64,000 nucleotides of DNA from Thermodesulfobacteriota bacterium. GTDB lineage: Bacteria; Desulfobacterota_D; UBA1144; Nemesobacterales; JAJCZQ01. Below the pieces are notes generated by a model. The model did no database searches. It was not told the origin of the DNA and saw only the letters and a list, made by a program, of their open reading frames with translations. Of the stretch, positions 28,868 through 37,571 are shown piece after piece (position 1 is the first letter of the stretch; each line of letters begins with the position of its first letter). The stretch covers positions 64,001 to 128,000 of the forward strand of contig CBDBDR010000017.1 of assembly GCA_965203965.1 (NCBI GenBank), in the 5' to 3' direction. The position numbers were made by a program, and so were the translations under genes.

Positions 28868-30394
28868 ATGAAGAAGTTGTTTTTTATTGTGGGAGTTTTG
28901 ATCTTATTTTTCAGTGCATCATGTAAGAGAGCAGATGATTTACAAGTTGACAATAAAGAGGAAAAAGTTCAAGTAGAGAAAGAAAATTATATCTCGCCTT
29001 CTACGTCGGATGATAATCTGGAGGATAAGGGAAAAGCACAAGCCATGGCCGCCCAAACCAATGGACTTCCATCTTTTTCAGACTTGGTTGAAGTTCTTAC
29101 ACCGAGTGTGGTAAATATAAGCACAACCAGTACTGTAAATGCAGGAAATTCTTTTCAGTTACCAAGATTTCCATACAGGGAAAATGATCAGCTGGAAGAT
29201 TTCTTCAGACGTTTTTTTGGTAACGTTCCACAACAACAATACAAGAGGCAGGGTCTGGGTTCGGGGTTTATAATAACCGAAGATGGTTACGTAGTAACAA
29301 ATAACCACGTTATAGCTGGAGCAGAAGATATTGACGTGATTCTTGAGGACGGTAAGAGATATAGTGCCGAGGTTGTTGGGAAAGACTCAAAGACCGATTT
29401 GGCGGTCTTGAAGATAGATCCGGATAAAAAATTGAAGACAGTAAATTTTGGTAATTCAAAAAATATTAAAATAGGTGATTGGGTAATTGCGATAGGTAAC
29501 CCGTTTGGATTAGGCTACACGGTTACATCCGGCATAATCAGTGCCACCGGTAGGGCATTGGGACTTGGGGCTTATGATGATTTTATACAAACCGATGCAC
29601 CGTTAAATCCCGGTAACAGCGGAGGACCGCTTTTTAACTTAAATGGAGAGGTTATAGGTGTTAATACTGCAATTGCGGCCAGAGGACAAGGTATTGGTTT
29701 TTCCATACCTATCAATCTGGCGTCGGACGTTATCAATCAATTAAAAGAAAAAGGTGAAGTTGTAAGAGGTTGGTTAGGAGTAATAATACAGGAAGTAACC
29801 CCGGAAATTGCTGAAAGTCTTGAGCTAACGGATACCAAAGGTGCTTTAATTGCTGATGTAAGTCCTGACAGTCCTGCTTCCAAAGCAGAACTGCAAAGAA
29901 AAGATATTGTAATTGCTTTTAATGGTGAAAGCGTAGAGAATTTTTCTGATCTGACGAGATTTGTTGGTGCAAAACCAGATACAGAAGCAGTTTTAACGAT
30001 TATAAGAGACGGAAAGAAGAGGAAGATTAAGGTAAAACTGGGTGAGTTGGAGGATGAAGATAGATCAGGAGGTAAAAGTCAAACAGAGCATGAGTTGGGG
30101 TTGAACGTTACTAAAATTACCCCGAGTATTGTAAACAGATTTAATCTGGACCAAAAAAGTGGAGTTATAGTTGCAAATGTGGTAAGAGGAAGCAGAGCTG
30201 CTGATGCTGGATTTAAGAGAGGAGATATAATAATCAGCGTAGATAAGAAAGAAGTAAAAGATATTAAGGACTACAACAGAATTATAAGAGAGATTATTAA
30301 AAAAGATGATAAGTCGGTTCTTTTTCTGGTAAAGCGAGAGAAAAACACGCTGTATATAGGCATCAGATTTTCTGAGGGTAAAAAGGCTGAATAA
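28868..30394 (+). CDS. degQ: HtrA/DegQ (Do) serine protease with two PDZ domains, probable lipoprotein
   Basis: SD AGGAGG before ATG 28868, signal ending FSASC, GSGFII, TNNHV, TDLAVL, NPGNSGGPL, two PDZ domains. Confidence 0.9.
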   Translation: MKKLFFIVGVLILFFSASCKRADDLQVDNKEEKVQVEKENYISPSTSDDNLEDKGKAQAMAAQTNGLPSFSDLVEVLTPSVVNISTTSTVNAGNSFQLPRFPYRENDQLEDFFRRFFGNVPQQQYKRQGLGSGFIITEDGYVVTNNHVIAGAEDIDVILEDGKRYSAEVVGKDSKTDLAVLKIDPDKKLKTVNFGNSKNIKIGDWVIAIGNPFGLGYTVTSGIISATGRALGLGAYDDFIQTDAPLNPGNSGGPLFNLNGEVIGVNTAIAARGQGIGFSIPINLASDVINQLKEKGEVVRGWLGVIIQEVTPEIAESLELTDTKGALIADVSPDSPASKAELQRKDIVIAFNGESVENFSDLTRFVGAKPDTEAVLTIIRDGKKRKIKVKLGELEDEDRSGGKSQTEHELGLNVTKITPSIVNRFNLDQKSGVIVANVVRGSRAADAGFKRGDIIISVDKKEVKDIKDYNRIIREIIKKDDKSVLFLVKREKNTLYIGIRFSEGKKAE

Positions 30395-30395
30395 A

Positions 30396-30839
30396 TCACT
30401 TGGATTGAATATCTAACCTTTTGATGTTTTCAACAACTTGACGGGGTAATCTTACCACTTTTCTATTACTGTAATCGTAGAGCACTATAGCTGTTATTAC
30501 TCTTCCTATTTCTGCCTTGTTTTCCTTACTTAATATCTGATACACAATATCAAAGCCGTACTTGTGAAAATTATTTGCTCCAATGTTGACGATCAGGCTA
30601 TCTTTGTAGAATGACTCTTTTATATACTCTATTACGACTCCTGCAATCATGATCCCGTAGCCTTCTAGGTTCATTTCGCTATAGCCCATTGTATCCAGAA
30701 ACTGCACTCGAGCCTCATGCGTTACAGGAAGAAAAACGTCATGACCGAGGTGACCTCCGTAGTTGATATCGCTTATGCGGAGGGGTATTTCGGTGGTAAA
30801 GATAAAATTATTAGGTAGCTCAACTTTAATTCTTGCCAT
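30396..30839 (-). CDS. Hotdog-fold thioesterase (4HBT-like)
   Basis: RISDINYGGHLGHD...HEAR. Confidence 0.85.
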   Translation of the reverse strand: MARIKVELPNNFIFTTEIPLRISDINYGGHLGHDVFLPVTHEARVQFLDTMGYSEMNLEGYGIMIAGVVIEYIKESFYKDSLIVNIGANNFHKYGFDIVYQILSKENKAEIGRVITAIVLYDYSNRKVVRLPRQVVENIKRLDIQSK

Positions 30840-30964
30840 TTTTTACAAATATATAGTTGCTAAACTTATATGCAACAGCTTGTAATTATGAAATCCTTGA
30901 TTTTTTGTCTTTGTAAGGTTATCATTCCATTCCCTGTAGATTGAGAATAATGAGGTAAACAGTA

Positions 30965-31189
30965 ATGGAAAGAAATGACAGAGAGCTTGTGAGCAAGTCT
31001 GTTGGCATTGAATCAAAGACGTTCTTTTTTGATATTAAAGAAAATCAAAAAGGTAAATACTTGAGAATAACTGAGCAGAGTGGGGGTCGTTCCTCCATAG
31101 TAGTTCCCCTGGATGGGGTTAACCTTTTTCAAGATAAACTTGCAGAAATAATAGAAGAATCTGCACCTTTGGTAAAGACAGAAGTTTAA
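30965..31189 (+). CDS. Single-repeat PUR-domain nucleic-acid-binding protein
   Basis: ELVSKSV...KTFFFDIKENQKGKYLRITE...RSSIVVP matches the PUR repeat pattern. SD GAGG. Confidence 0.8.
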   Translation: MERNDRELVSKSVGIESKTFFFDIKENQKGKYLRITEQSGGRSSIVVPLDGVNLFQDKLAEIIEESAPLVKTEV

Positions 31190-31285
31190 TATTGCTGATT
31201 AGTAGAAGACATTTGAAAAATTGATTGTTTTGCTTTTGTTTTTCTCAAAAATTTTCTCATCCGTTTCAAGGCAATGTAGCGTCTA

Positions 31286-32527
31286 TTAATTATTACTTAC
31301 TGCCCTTGCATTTTTGACAGTAATTCTCATGTTCTTTTCATTTGGTAAAATTACTATCAAGCCTAATTTTATGTTTTTGTAAGTTTTTGTTGAATTAGGT
31401 GGCAATATTTCCTTCAAGGTAAAATCATTTGATGCGAGTTGTGTTCCTACAGAAGATAGGAATTCAACTTCAAAATCAATTGCTGTATAAGCAATTTCAC
31501 TTTTGTTCTCCAGTGTCAATTCCCTGATAATACCCACTGAGCCTGGTATCCCACTTCCCCACCTGAATTTTTTTATTTGGATGTTATGTTCAGGAATTTG
31601 CAATTCATTATTACTTATGTAATTAGGGTCTTGTTTTTTTTCAACTGATATTCTATCTGCAGTATTTTCTTCTGGCATAGTTTTTTTATCAAACTGCTTA
31701 GGTTCATCCTGGTATTTTTGTAACTTTGCCAACTTGTTGGGGGTTTTTACATTTTGATACTTATCCTGCTTTTTTCTAATTATATATCTCAACTCTTTGT
31801 CCGATATTTTCTTCGCGTCGGAAACATAAATATTCAGGTTGGCAGAGTTGGGATTTTTGAATCCTGCATTAACATTAGTATAAGTTGACGTTGATTGCGC
31901 AGGCAGAATATCATGTATTGTGACACTTGTGTTGTATACTTTTTCATAATCCCTTCTGTCTTTTTTTTTATAACCGTCAATGTTGAGTTTAATGTTTTTA
32001 TAGTTGTTGTTGCTTTTATTTTCAATGACTATCTCTTTAAGTATTCCCTTGGTTCCAAACTGACTACCGAGCCATTTCCAGCTTTTTACAGAGATCAAGT
32101 CTTTTGGTATAAAAGTTTCAGTTTCAATAAGCTCTGCTTTTGACACTCTCACTATGGAATTTTCCATATTTGTGTGCATCAATCCGAGTTTAACTCTTTC
32201 GAAAATCTTTGTTTCGCCGGGGGATATGGTGCCCTTGATTGAGCCTGTTACTGATCCAAGTGGTACATTGTTTATGGAATATAGCTCAACAATTATGCCA
32301 ATATTTTGAAAAGTCTGAAGGCTGTTATTCTGGAGAGTTATATTCTTTAAAATACCTTGACTGCCAATGTTGGCGGAAGCCCAAGTGTAGTCTTTAACTG
32401 TTATTGCACTGTCCGTCTTAATAATTTTCCCGTGTGAATTTTCAGATGGATAAATAAAAATGTGTATTGCTAATAAGGGTATCAAAAGAAAATATTGAAA
32501 GGTTTTCTTCAACGTAAATAATCTCAC
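31286..32527 (-). CDS. Exported protein with three copies of a ~95-aa beta-rich (FxLYD-like) domain
   Basis: N-terminal hydrophobic segment and three units of IxVKxxxW...GxxGIxxxIxLxNxS...(I/L)xP...KxY. Confidence 0.7.
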   Translation of the reverse strand: MRLFTLKKTFQYFLLIPLLAIHIFIYPSENSHGKIIKTDSAITVKDYTWASANIGSQGILKNITLQNNSLQTFQNIGIIVELYSINNVPLGSVTGSIKGTISPGETKIFERVKLGLMHTNMENSIVRVSKAELIETETFIPKDLISVKSWKWLGSQFGTKGILKEIVIENKSNNNYKNIKLNIDGYKKKDRRDYEKVYNTSVTIHDILPAQSTSTYTNVNAGFKNPNSANLNIYVSDAKKISDKELRYIIRKKQDKYQNVKTPNKLAKLQKYQDEPKQFDKKTMPEENTADRISVEKKQDPNYISNNELQIPEHNIQIKKFRWGSGIPGSVGIIRELTLENKSEIAYTAIDFEVEFLSSVGTQLASNDFTLKEILPPNSTKTYKNIKLGLIVILPNEKNMRITVKNARAVSNN

Positions 32528-32635
32528 TTCAAAATTTATGACTTGAAATTATACATAAAAAAAATAAAAGATGATATTAAGTTATCTTTATTTTACGGGA
32601 TTAAATATGTTCAGTTACAATAGATAAGTTAAAAT

Positions 32636-32944
32636 ATGGGAATATATATTTTACTCAGCAGATTAACCCCTGATGGACGTAAAACTTTAAGGGAACGACC
32701 ATACCGGATAAGAGAAGTTGACGAGGAACTTGAGAGAATGGGAGTAAGAGTTCTGGAACAGTATGCAACTTTGGGTCAGTATGATTTTGTCAACATAGTT
32801 GAAGCACCTGATAATGAAACGATTGGAGAGGTCTCCGTGGATCTTTGTTCAAGAGGTACACTGGATCTGATAACCATGCCTGCTATTGACGTCGATAAGT
32901 TTATCAATACTTTAAAATCAGATGGAAAGCTAGCAAAAGAGTGA
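32636..32944 (+). CDS. GYD domain protein
   Basis: YILLSRLTPDG...YATLGQYDFVNIVEAPD. Confidence 0.85.
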   Translation: MGIYILLSRLTPDGRKTLRERPYRIREVDEELERMGVRVLEQYATLGQYDFVNIVEAPDNETIGEVSVDLCSRGTLDLITMPAIDVDKFINTLKSDGKLAKE

Positions 32945-33020
32945 GCATTAGTTATAAGTTCCATTTCTTTTCATTCTTTGACTAACCAACACCAATTTTG
33001 TAGAATTGACTTTTAGTATC

Positions 33021-34832
33021 ATGTCTGAAATCAAGATTCTTCCCGACATGCTCGTGTCCAAAATTGCCGCGGGAGAGGTAGTACAAAGACCTTCTTCTGT
33101 TGTGAAAGAGCTTATTGAAAACTCGCTGGATGCCGGAGCAAAAAAACTAACAGTGAACATAGAGTCGGGTGGAAAGAAGTCTGTTGTGGTAATTGACGAT
33201 GGTATCGGAATGTCAAAGGACGATGCCTTGATGAGTCTGGAACAGCATGCTACAAGTAAAATTAGTTCTGTTGACGATCTCTTTGCTCTGACGACACTGG
33301 GTTTCAGAGGTGAAGCTCTTGCGAGCATTTCAAGTGTATCACGTTTAAGGCTTTTAACGCGGAGGAATGGTAATGATTCGGGTGTAGTAATTTTTGTGGA
33401 TGGAGGCAAAATCAGGAGCGTTGAGGATGCAGGATGCCCAGTGGGAACCACTGTTGAAGTAAGAAATCTTTTTTTCAATACCATCCCAAGGTTGAAATTT
33501 TTGAAAAGGGATGAAACCGAGTTTATCAACATTACGGAGATTGTTCAAAGAGAAGCCATTGTAAATCCGGAAGTAGCTTTTGAAGTCCACCATGACGGCA
33601 GATTGATTTTTAGACTTGCTTCAAAAGAGAATGTTCTGGAAAGAGCTAAAGAAATAGTTAAAAATTGTGAGTTGTATGAAATAAACTATATTTCCAACGG
33701 TATGGAAATCAGTGGTTGTATGAGTAGCCCATTTGAAGGACGATCAAATACGCAAAGACTTTATACTTATGTAAATTCCAGAACCGTCAAAGACCGCTTT
33801 GTTACAAGAATGATAATGGATGCTTATGGAAAGATGCTTCCCAAAGGTAAATTTCCGCAAGGAGTTCTATGTATTAATTTACAGAAAAGTGAAGTGGATG
33901 TTAACGTTCATCCAACTAAGTATGAAGTAAAGTTTAGAGAGCAAAATCTGGTTGGTGGTGTTATTAAAAATTCACTTTCAGAGATGTTAAGCACTGCCCC
34001 TTGGATGTTTAATCATAAAAACATAGACAAGAGCAGGTCAGTTTATTTTCTTGAAGAAACTAAAGAAAGCTATCGGAGTTCTGTTGGAAATTTTTCTACC
34101 CGGCGTAACACTGAATATGGAAGTGGTAATCAATCGTTGAAAAATACAAACAGCGAGGGATTGGTAGATATAAAGAACCAGATTCCCGGGGGACATGTTT
34201 TGCATGAAATTGATATTAAAAGGGATCAGCTTTTTGGTAAAAAAGGACATTTCTCCAGTATGAAAATTATAGGTCAAGTCGGGGCGCTTTATATTGTCTG
34301 TGAAAATCAAGACGGAATTGTGCTGATTGACCAGCATGCGGCGCATGAGAGGGTCAACTATGAAATATATAGAAAAAATTATCTTGAGTCCGGATCAATC
34401 CAAAAGCAGGAGCTTCTGTTACCTGAAGTTATTGATTTATCACCCAAAGAGATGAAAATTTTTGAAAAGCACCGAGTTCATTTGACTGAACTTGGCTTTG
34501 AGGCAGAACCATTTGGTAATGTTTCGGTCAGGGTAAGAAGTGTTCCGGCGATTCTTAAACTGACGAATGCAGGTGGTGTATTTACAGACATTCTTCTGGA
34601 ACTTGACGATCTGGAAGAAAGTAAAAGTTTGAATGACAGACTTGATCTTGTTTGTGCTACCATGTCTTGTCATAGTTCAATTAGGGCAAATGAGGCTTTA
34701 GGCAGAGAAAAAATTAGTGCCCTTTTGCATGGCTTGGATAATGCAGAGTTTCCACATTCATGTCCGCACGGAAGACCAGTGGCTAAAATGATTACATATA
34801 AGGAACTTGAAAAAATGTTCGGGAGGATATGA
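33021..34832 (+). CDS. mutL: DNA mismatch repair protein MutL with endonuclease motif
   Basis: KIAAGEVV, KELIENSLDAG, GFRGEAL, DQHAAHER, SCH, CPHGRP. Confidence 0.97.
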   Translation: MSEIKILPDMLVSKIAAGEVVQRPSSVVKELIENSLDAGAKKLTVNIESGGKKSVVVIDDGIGMSKDDALMSLEQHATSKISSVDDLFALTTLGFRGEALASISSVSRLRLLTRRNGNDSGVVIFVDGGKIRSVEDAGCPVGTTVEVRNLFFNTIPRLKFLKRDETEFINITEIVQREAIVNPEVAFEVHHDGRLIFRLASKENVLERAKEIVKNCELYEINYISNGMEISGCMSSPFEGRSNTQRLYTYVNSRTVKDRFVTRMIMDAYGKMLPKGKFPQGVLCINLQKSEVDVNVHPTKYEVKFREQNLVGGVIKNSLSEMLSTAPWMFNHKNIDKSRSVYFLEETKESYRSSVGNFSTRRNTEYGSGNQSLKNTNSEGLVDIKNQIPGGHVLHEIDIKRDQLFGKKGHFSSMKIIGQVGALYIVCENQDGIVLIDQHAAHERVNYEIYRKNYLESGSIQKQELLLPEVIDLSPKEMKIFEKHRVHLTELGFEAEPFGNVSVRVRSVPAILKLTNAGGVFTDILLELDDLEESKSLNDRLDLVCATMSCHSSIRANEALGREKISALLHGLDNAEFPHSCPHGRPVAKMITYKELEKMFGRI

Positions 34833-34833
34833 T

Positions 34834-35406
34834 TTGAAAGAAAAAATTATTTCTATACTTCGCCAGAGTGCTGATCTAAAGCTCAGGTTTGCCAAGGAAT
34901 CCACAGAGATTGTTGAAGATGCGGTAAATATGATAAATAAATGTCTGAAGTCAAACGGGAAAATTTTGCTCTTTGGTAACGGAGGAAGCGCCGCCGATTC
35001 ACAGCACATTGCAGCAGAATTTGTAAATCGGTTTTACGAGGATAGAAATCCCTTGTCCGCCGTTGCCTTGACAACTGATTCGTCAATTCTTACCTCCATT
35101 TCCAATGATAGCGGTTTTGAGAACGTTTTTTCTCGTCAGATTGAAGCTATTGGTAAAAAAAATGACATTGCCATTGGTATGACCACAAGTGGAAAATCAC
35201 AAAATGTGTTAAATGGACTTGTAACTTCCAAGAATTTAGGAATGAAAACAATAACTTTTGCCGGGCAAAATACTGCAAAACTGGAGAAAGTATCAGACTG
35301 TATTATTTCCGTGTCGTCTAAATCAACACCGAGGATTCAGGAAGTTCATATAACAATTGCCCATATAATATGCGAGTTGGTGGAAGCCAACTTTAGTCAG
35401 AAATGA
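34834..35406 (+). CDS. gmhA: Phosphoheptose isomerase
   Basis: GNGGSAADSQH, TTSGKS, TPRIQEVH. TTG 34834 follows GGAGG. Confidence 0.94.
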   Translation: MKEKIISILRQSADLKLRFAKESTEIVEDAVNMINKCLKSNGKILLFGNGGSAADSQHIAAEFVNRFYEDRNPLSAVALTTDSSILTSISNDSGFENVFSRQIEAIGKKNDIAIGMTTSGKSQNVLNGLVTSKNLGMKTITFAGQNTAKLEKVSDCIISVSSKSTPRIQEVHITIAHIICELVEANFSQK

Positions 35407-35471
35407 AAGAATGCAATAAACGGGTTTGATAAAGTGTTTACCGATTATGAATAAAAGGAGGTTTTTAGCTA

Positions 35472-36041
35472 GTGGCAACAGTTGATACCAGCAGGTTTTA
35501 TAAGGGTATGAAGGTTGAGCATGATGGTGGTATATGGGAGATTGTTGAGCATTCAAGCTCAAAAATGGGAAGAATGAGTGCAATTGTTACAACAAGATTA
35601 AAAAACGTGGTTACAGGTGCCGTGCAGGAGAAAAAATTTAGATCTGGTGATACGTTTCACATTCCGGATATTGAGCGCAGGAAAATGCAGTTTTTATACA
35701 AAGATCAAATAGGTTTTCACTTTATGGATACCCAAAATTATGATCAGTTGAGTTTCAGCATGGAGCAGGTTGGAGAATCGACAAATTTCCTAAAAGAGCA
35801 GCAGGAAATACAGGTGCAATTTTGCAATGATAAACCTATAGGAATTGATCTGCCAATTTCAGCAGATTTTGAAGTAACCTACGCGGAACCCGGATTAAAA
35901 GGTGATACAGTTTCAAGCACAACCAAACCGGCCACCATTGAAACTGGTTTTGTCGTGAACGTTCCTCTTTTTATAAACATCGGGGACATAATAAAAATTG
36001 ACACAAGAAATGGTAATTATCTAGAAAGGGTCAAAAAGTAA
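35472..36041 (+). CDS. efp: Elongation factor P (atypical tip loop KMGRM)
   Basis: MQFLY, FMD..NYDQ, EPGLKGDT, KPATIETG, VPLFI, IDTRNGNYLER. Confidence 0.94.
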   Translation: MATVDTSRFYKGMKVEHDGGIWEIVEHSSSKMGRMSAIVTTRLKNVVTGAVQEKKFRSGDTFHIPDIERRKMQFLYKDQIGFHFMDTQNYDQLSFSMEQVGESTNFLKEQQEIQVQFCNDKPIGIDLPISADFEVTYAEPGLKGDTVSSTTKPATIETGFVVNVPLFINIGDIIKIDTRNGNYLERVKK

Positions 36042-36085
36042 CACGGTCTTCAATAGTAACTTTTTATTCTCATGTTATAGAGTTT

Positions 36086-37372
36086 TTAAGGGGAAAAATT
36101 ATCTTTGAGTTTTATCGCCGAAATTGGATCTAGTTTTTCCAACTGTGAGTATGCTTTTTCAGCTCTTTTGTGCTGACCGTCTGATAGGTAAGTAATTACC
36201 ATGTTATACCATGCTTTTGAATTGTCAGAATCTATACTTACTACCCTGCGGTAGGAATCTATTGATTTTTTGTAGAGACCTTGTTTCCCGTAGACAACTC
36301 CTAAATTATACCATGCTTCTTTGTATTCAGGGTTTGTATTTACTGCATTAAGGTAAGAATCTATCGCTTTGTAGTAGATATCTTGTTTGAAATAAGCAAG
36401 TCCCAGAAAATACCAAGCTGATTCATCAGATGGAAATAGCTCTAACCATTGCAAGCAGTGTTTTTCCAAACTTCGCCAATTCTGGCTTTTTATCAAAGTC
36501 AACGCAATTTTGCGATTGTCCTTGGAAGATTCCCCAAACAATTTTTTCAGTTTTGTATCAGAAGTCTTTTTGATTCCTCTTCTGCGAGTCCAGTTTATCC
36601 ACTCAGTGGGATAGGCAAACCCTGAATATTTTGTTGTTTTGCCTAAATATCCTTTAGTTGTGATTCCAACAAGTTTGCCGTATTTATCAAACAGACCACC
36701 GCCGGACATTCCTGGAGCAAGTTGGGCACTCGTTATAATTACCGGCGGATCGTTTCTGTCTCTCTTGTGGAGTTGAGAAACCTGACCAGTACTGATGCGG
36801 TATGTTCCACGAGGTGCACTGATAGCATAAACGACCTCACCAACTTTCAATGATTCAGACGAGCGGGTATTTATGATCCGACCTTTGAGGTCTCGAGATT
36901 TAAGCAGACATATATCTTTTTCCCAATTAGCTCCGGAAAGAGTTGCAATCTTCCTCGCTCCATTATTATCCTGCACCATTATAGAATTTGCTATGGAATC
37001 TGCTTTTGCTAACACGTGACAGTTTGTAACGACTTCTCCATGTCCCACAATAACTCCACTGCCCTGAGATTTTATTCCGTCTTTTTGTGTTGCCCAAACA
37101 ATAACAGTTGAAGGGAATACTTTTTCATAAACTTTTGAAGCATTCAGAGCAGATGCCGGTGTAGTAACGGTGAAAAAAATCGTCAATATCAGGGATAATA
37201 CTTTGATTTTATTATCAAGTCTTTTCTGATTCCATACATGGTTTTTATCAAGTGATTTTCTCAAAAGGAAAATTGAAATAGATATTAATTCAGTGGATTT
37301 GTTAAACATGGATTGATAGCAAAGTAGATAAATTTTCTTGAATTGCAAGCAAATGATATGTACGCAGATCAA
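36086..37372 (-). CDS. Trypsin-like (S1C) serine protease fused to C-terminal TPR repeats (true start probably at or after 37309)
   Basis: QGSGVIV, VTNCHV, DICLL, PGMSGGGL triad motifs; TPRs AWYFLG, AWYNLG, AWYNMV; signal-like VLSLILTIFFTVTTPASA. Confidence 0.85.
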   Translation of the reverse strand: MICVHIICLQFKKIYLLCYQSMFNKSTELISISIFLLRKSLDKNHVWNQKRLDNKIKVLSLILTIFFTVTTPASALNASKVYEKVFPSTVIVWATQKDGIKSQGSGVIVGHGEVVTNCHVLAKADSIANSIMVQDNNGARKIATLSGANWEKDICLLKSRDLKGRIINTRSSESLKVGEVVYAISAPRGTYRISTGQVSQLHKRDRNDPPVIITSAQLAPGMSGGGLFDKYGKLVGITTKGYLGKTTKYSGFAYPTEWINWTRRRGIKKTSDTKLKKLFGESSKDNRKIALTLIKSQNWRSLEKHCLQWLELFPSDESAWYFLGLAYFKQDIYYKAIDSYLNAVNTNPEYKEAWYNLGVVYGKQGLYKKSIDSYRRVVSIDSDNSKAWYNMVITYLSDGQHKRAEKAYSQLEKLDPISAIKLKDNFSP

Positions 37373-37571
37373 GTTTGATTGAAAGGTAACTATAAAAACA
37401 TTTGTCCATTCAGAAAGAAGGAATATTTAACTCTTTATTCTTCTGATAAAACAAACAATAATATGGTTTCCCTAAAAGTTGCATTTAACAGTTGCATCTA
37501 AAACGAAATACAGCTATAGAAAAATTTCATATTCTTGGTAAACTCACACCCTGATCATTTCTCAAGGAGCA

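Noticed and set aside
32948..33532. 194-aa minus-strand ORF and similar long antisense ORFs over murI, the Lon-like gene, clpA and cstA
   Set aside because: They are shadows of well-supported genes on the other strand and carry no motifs.
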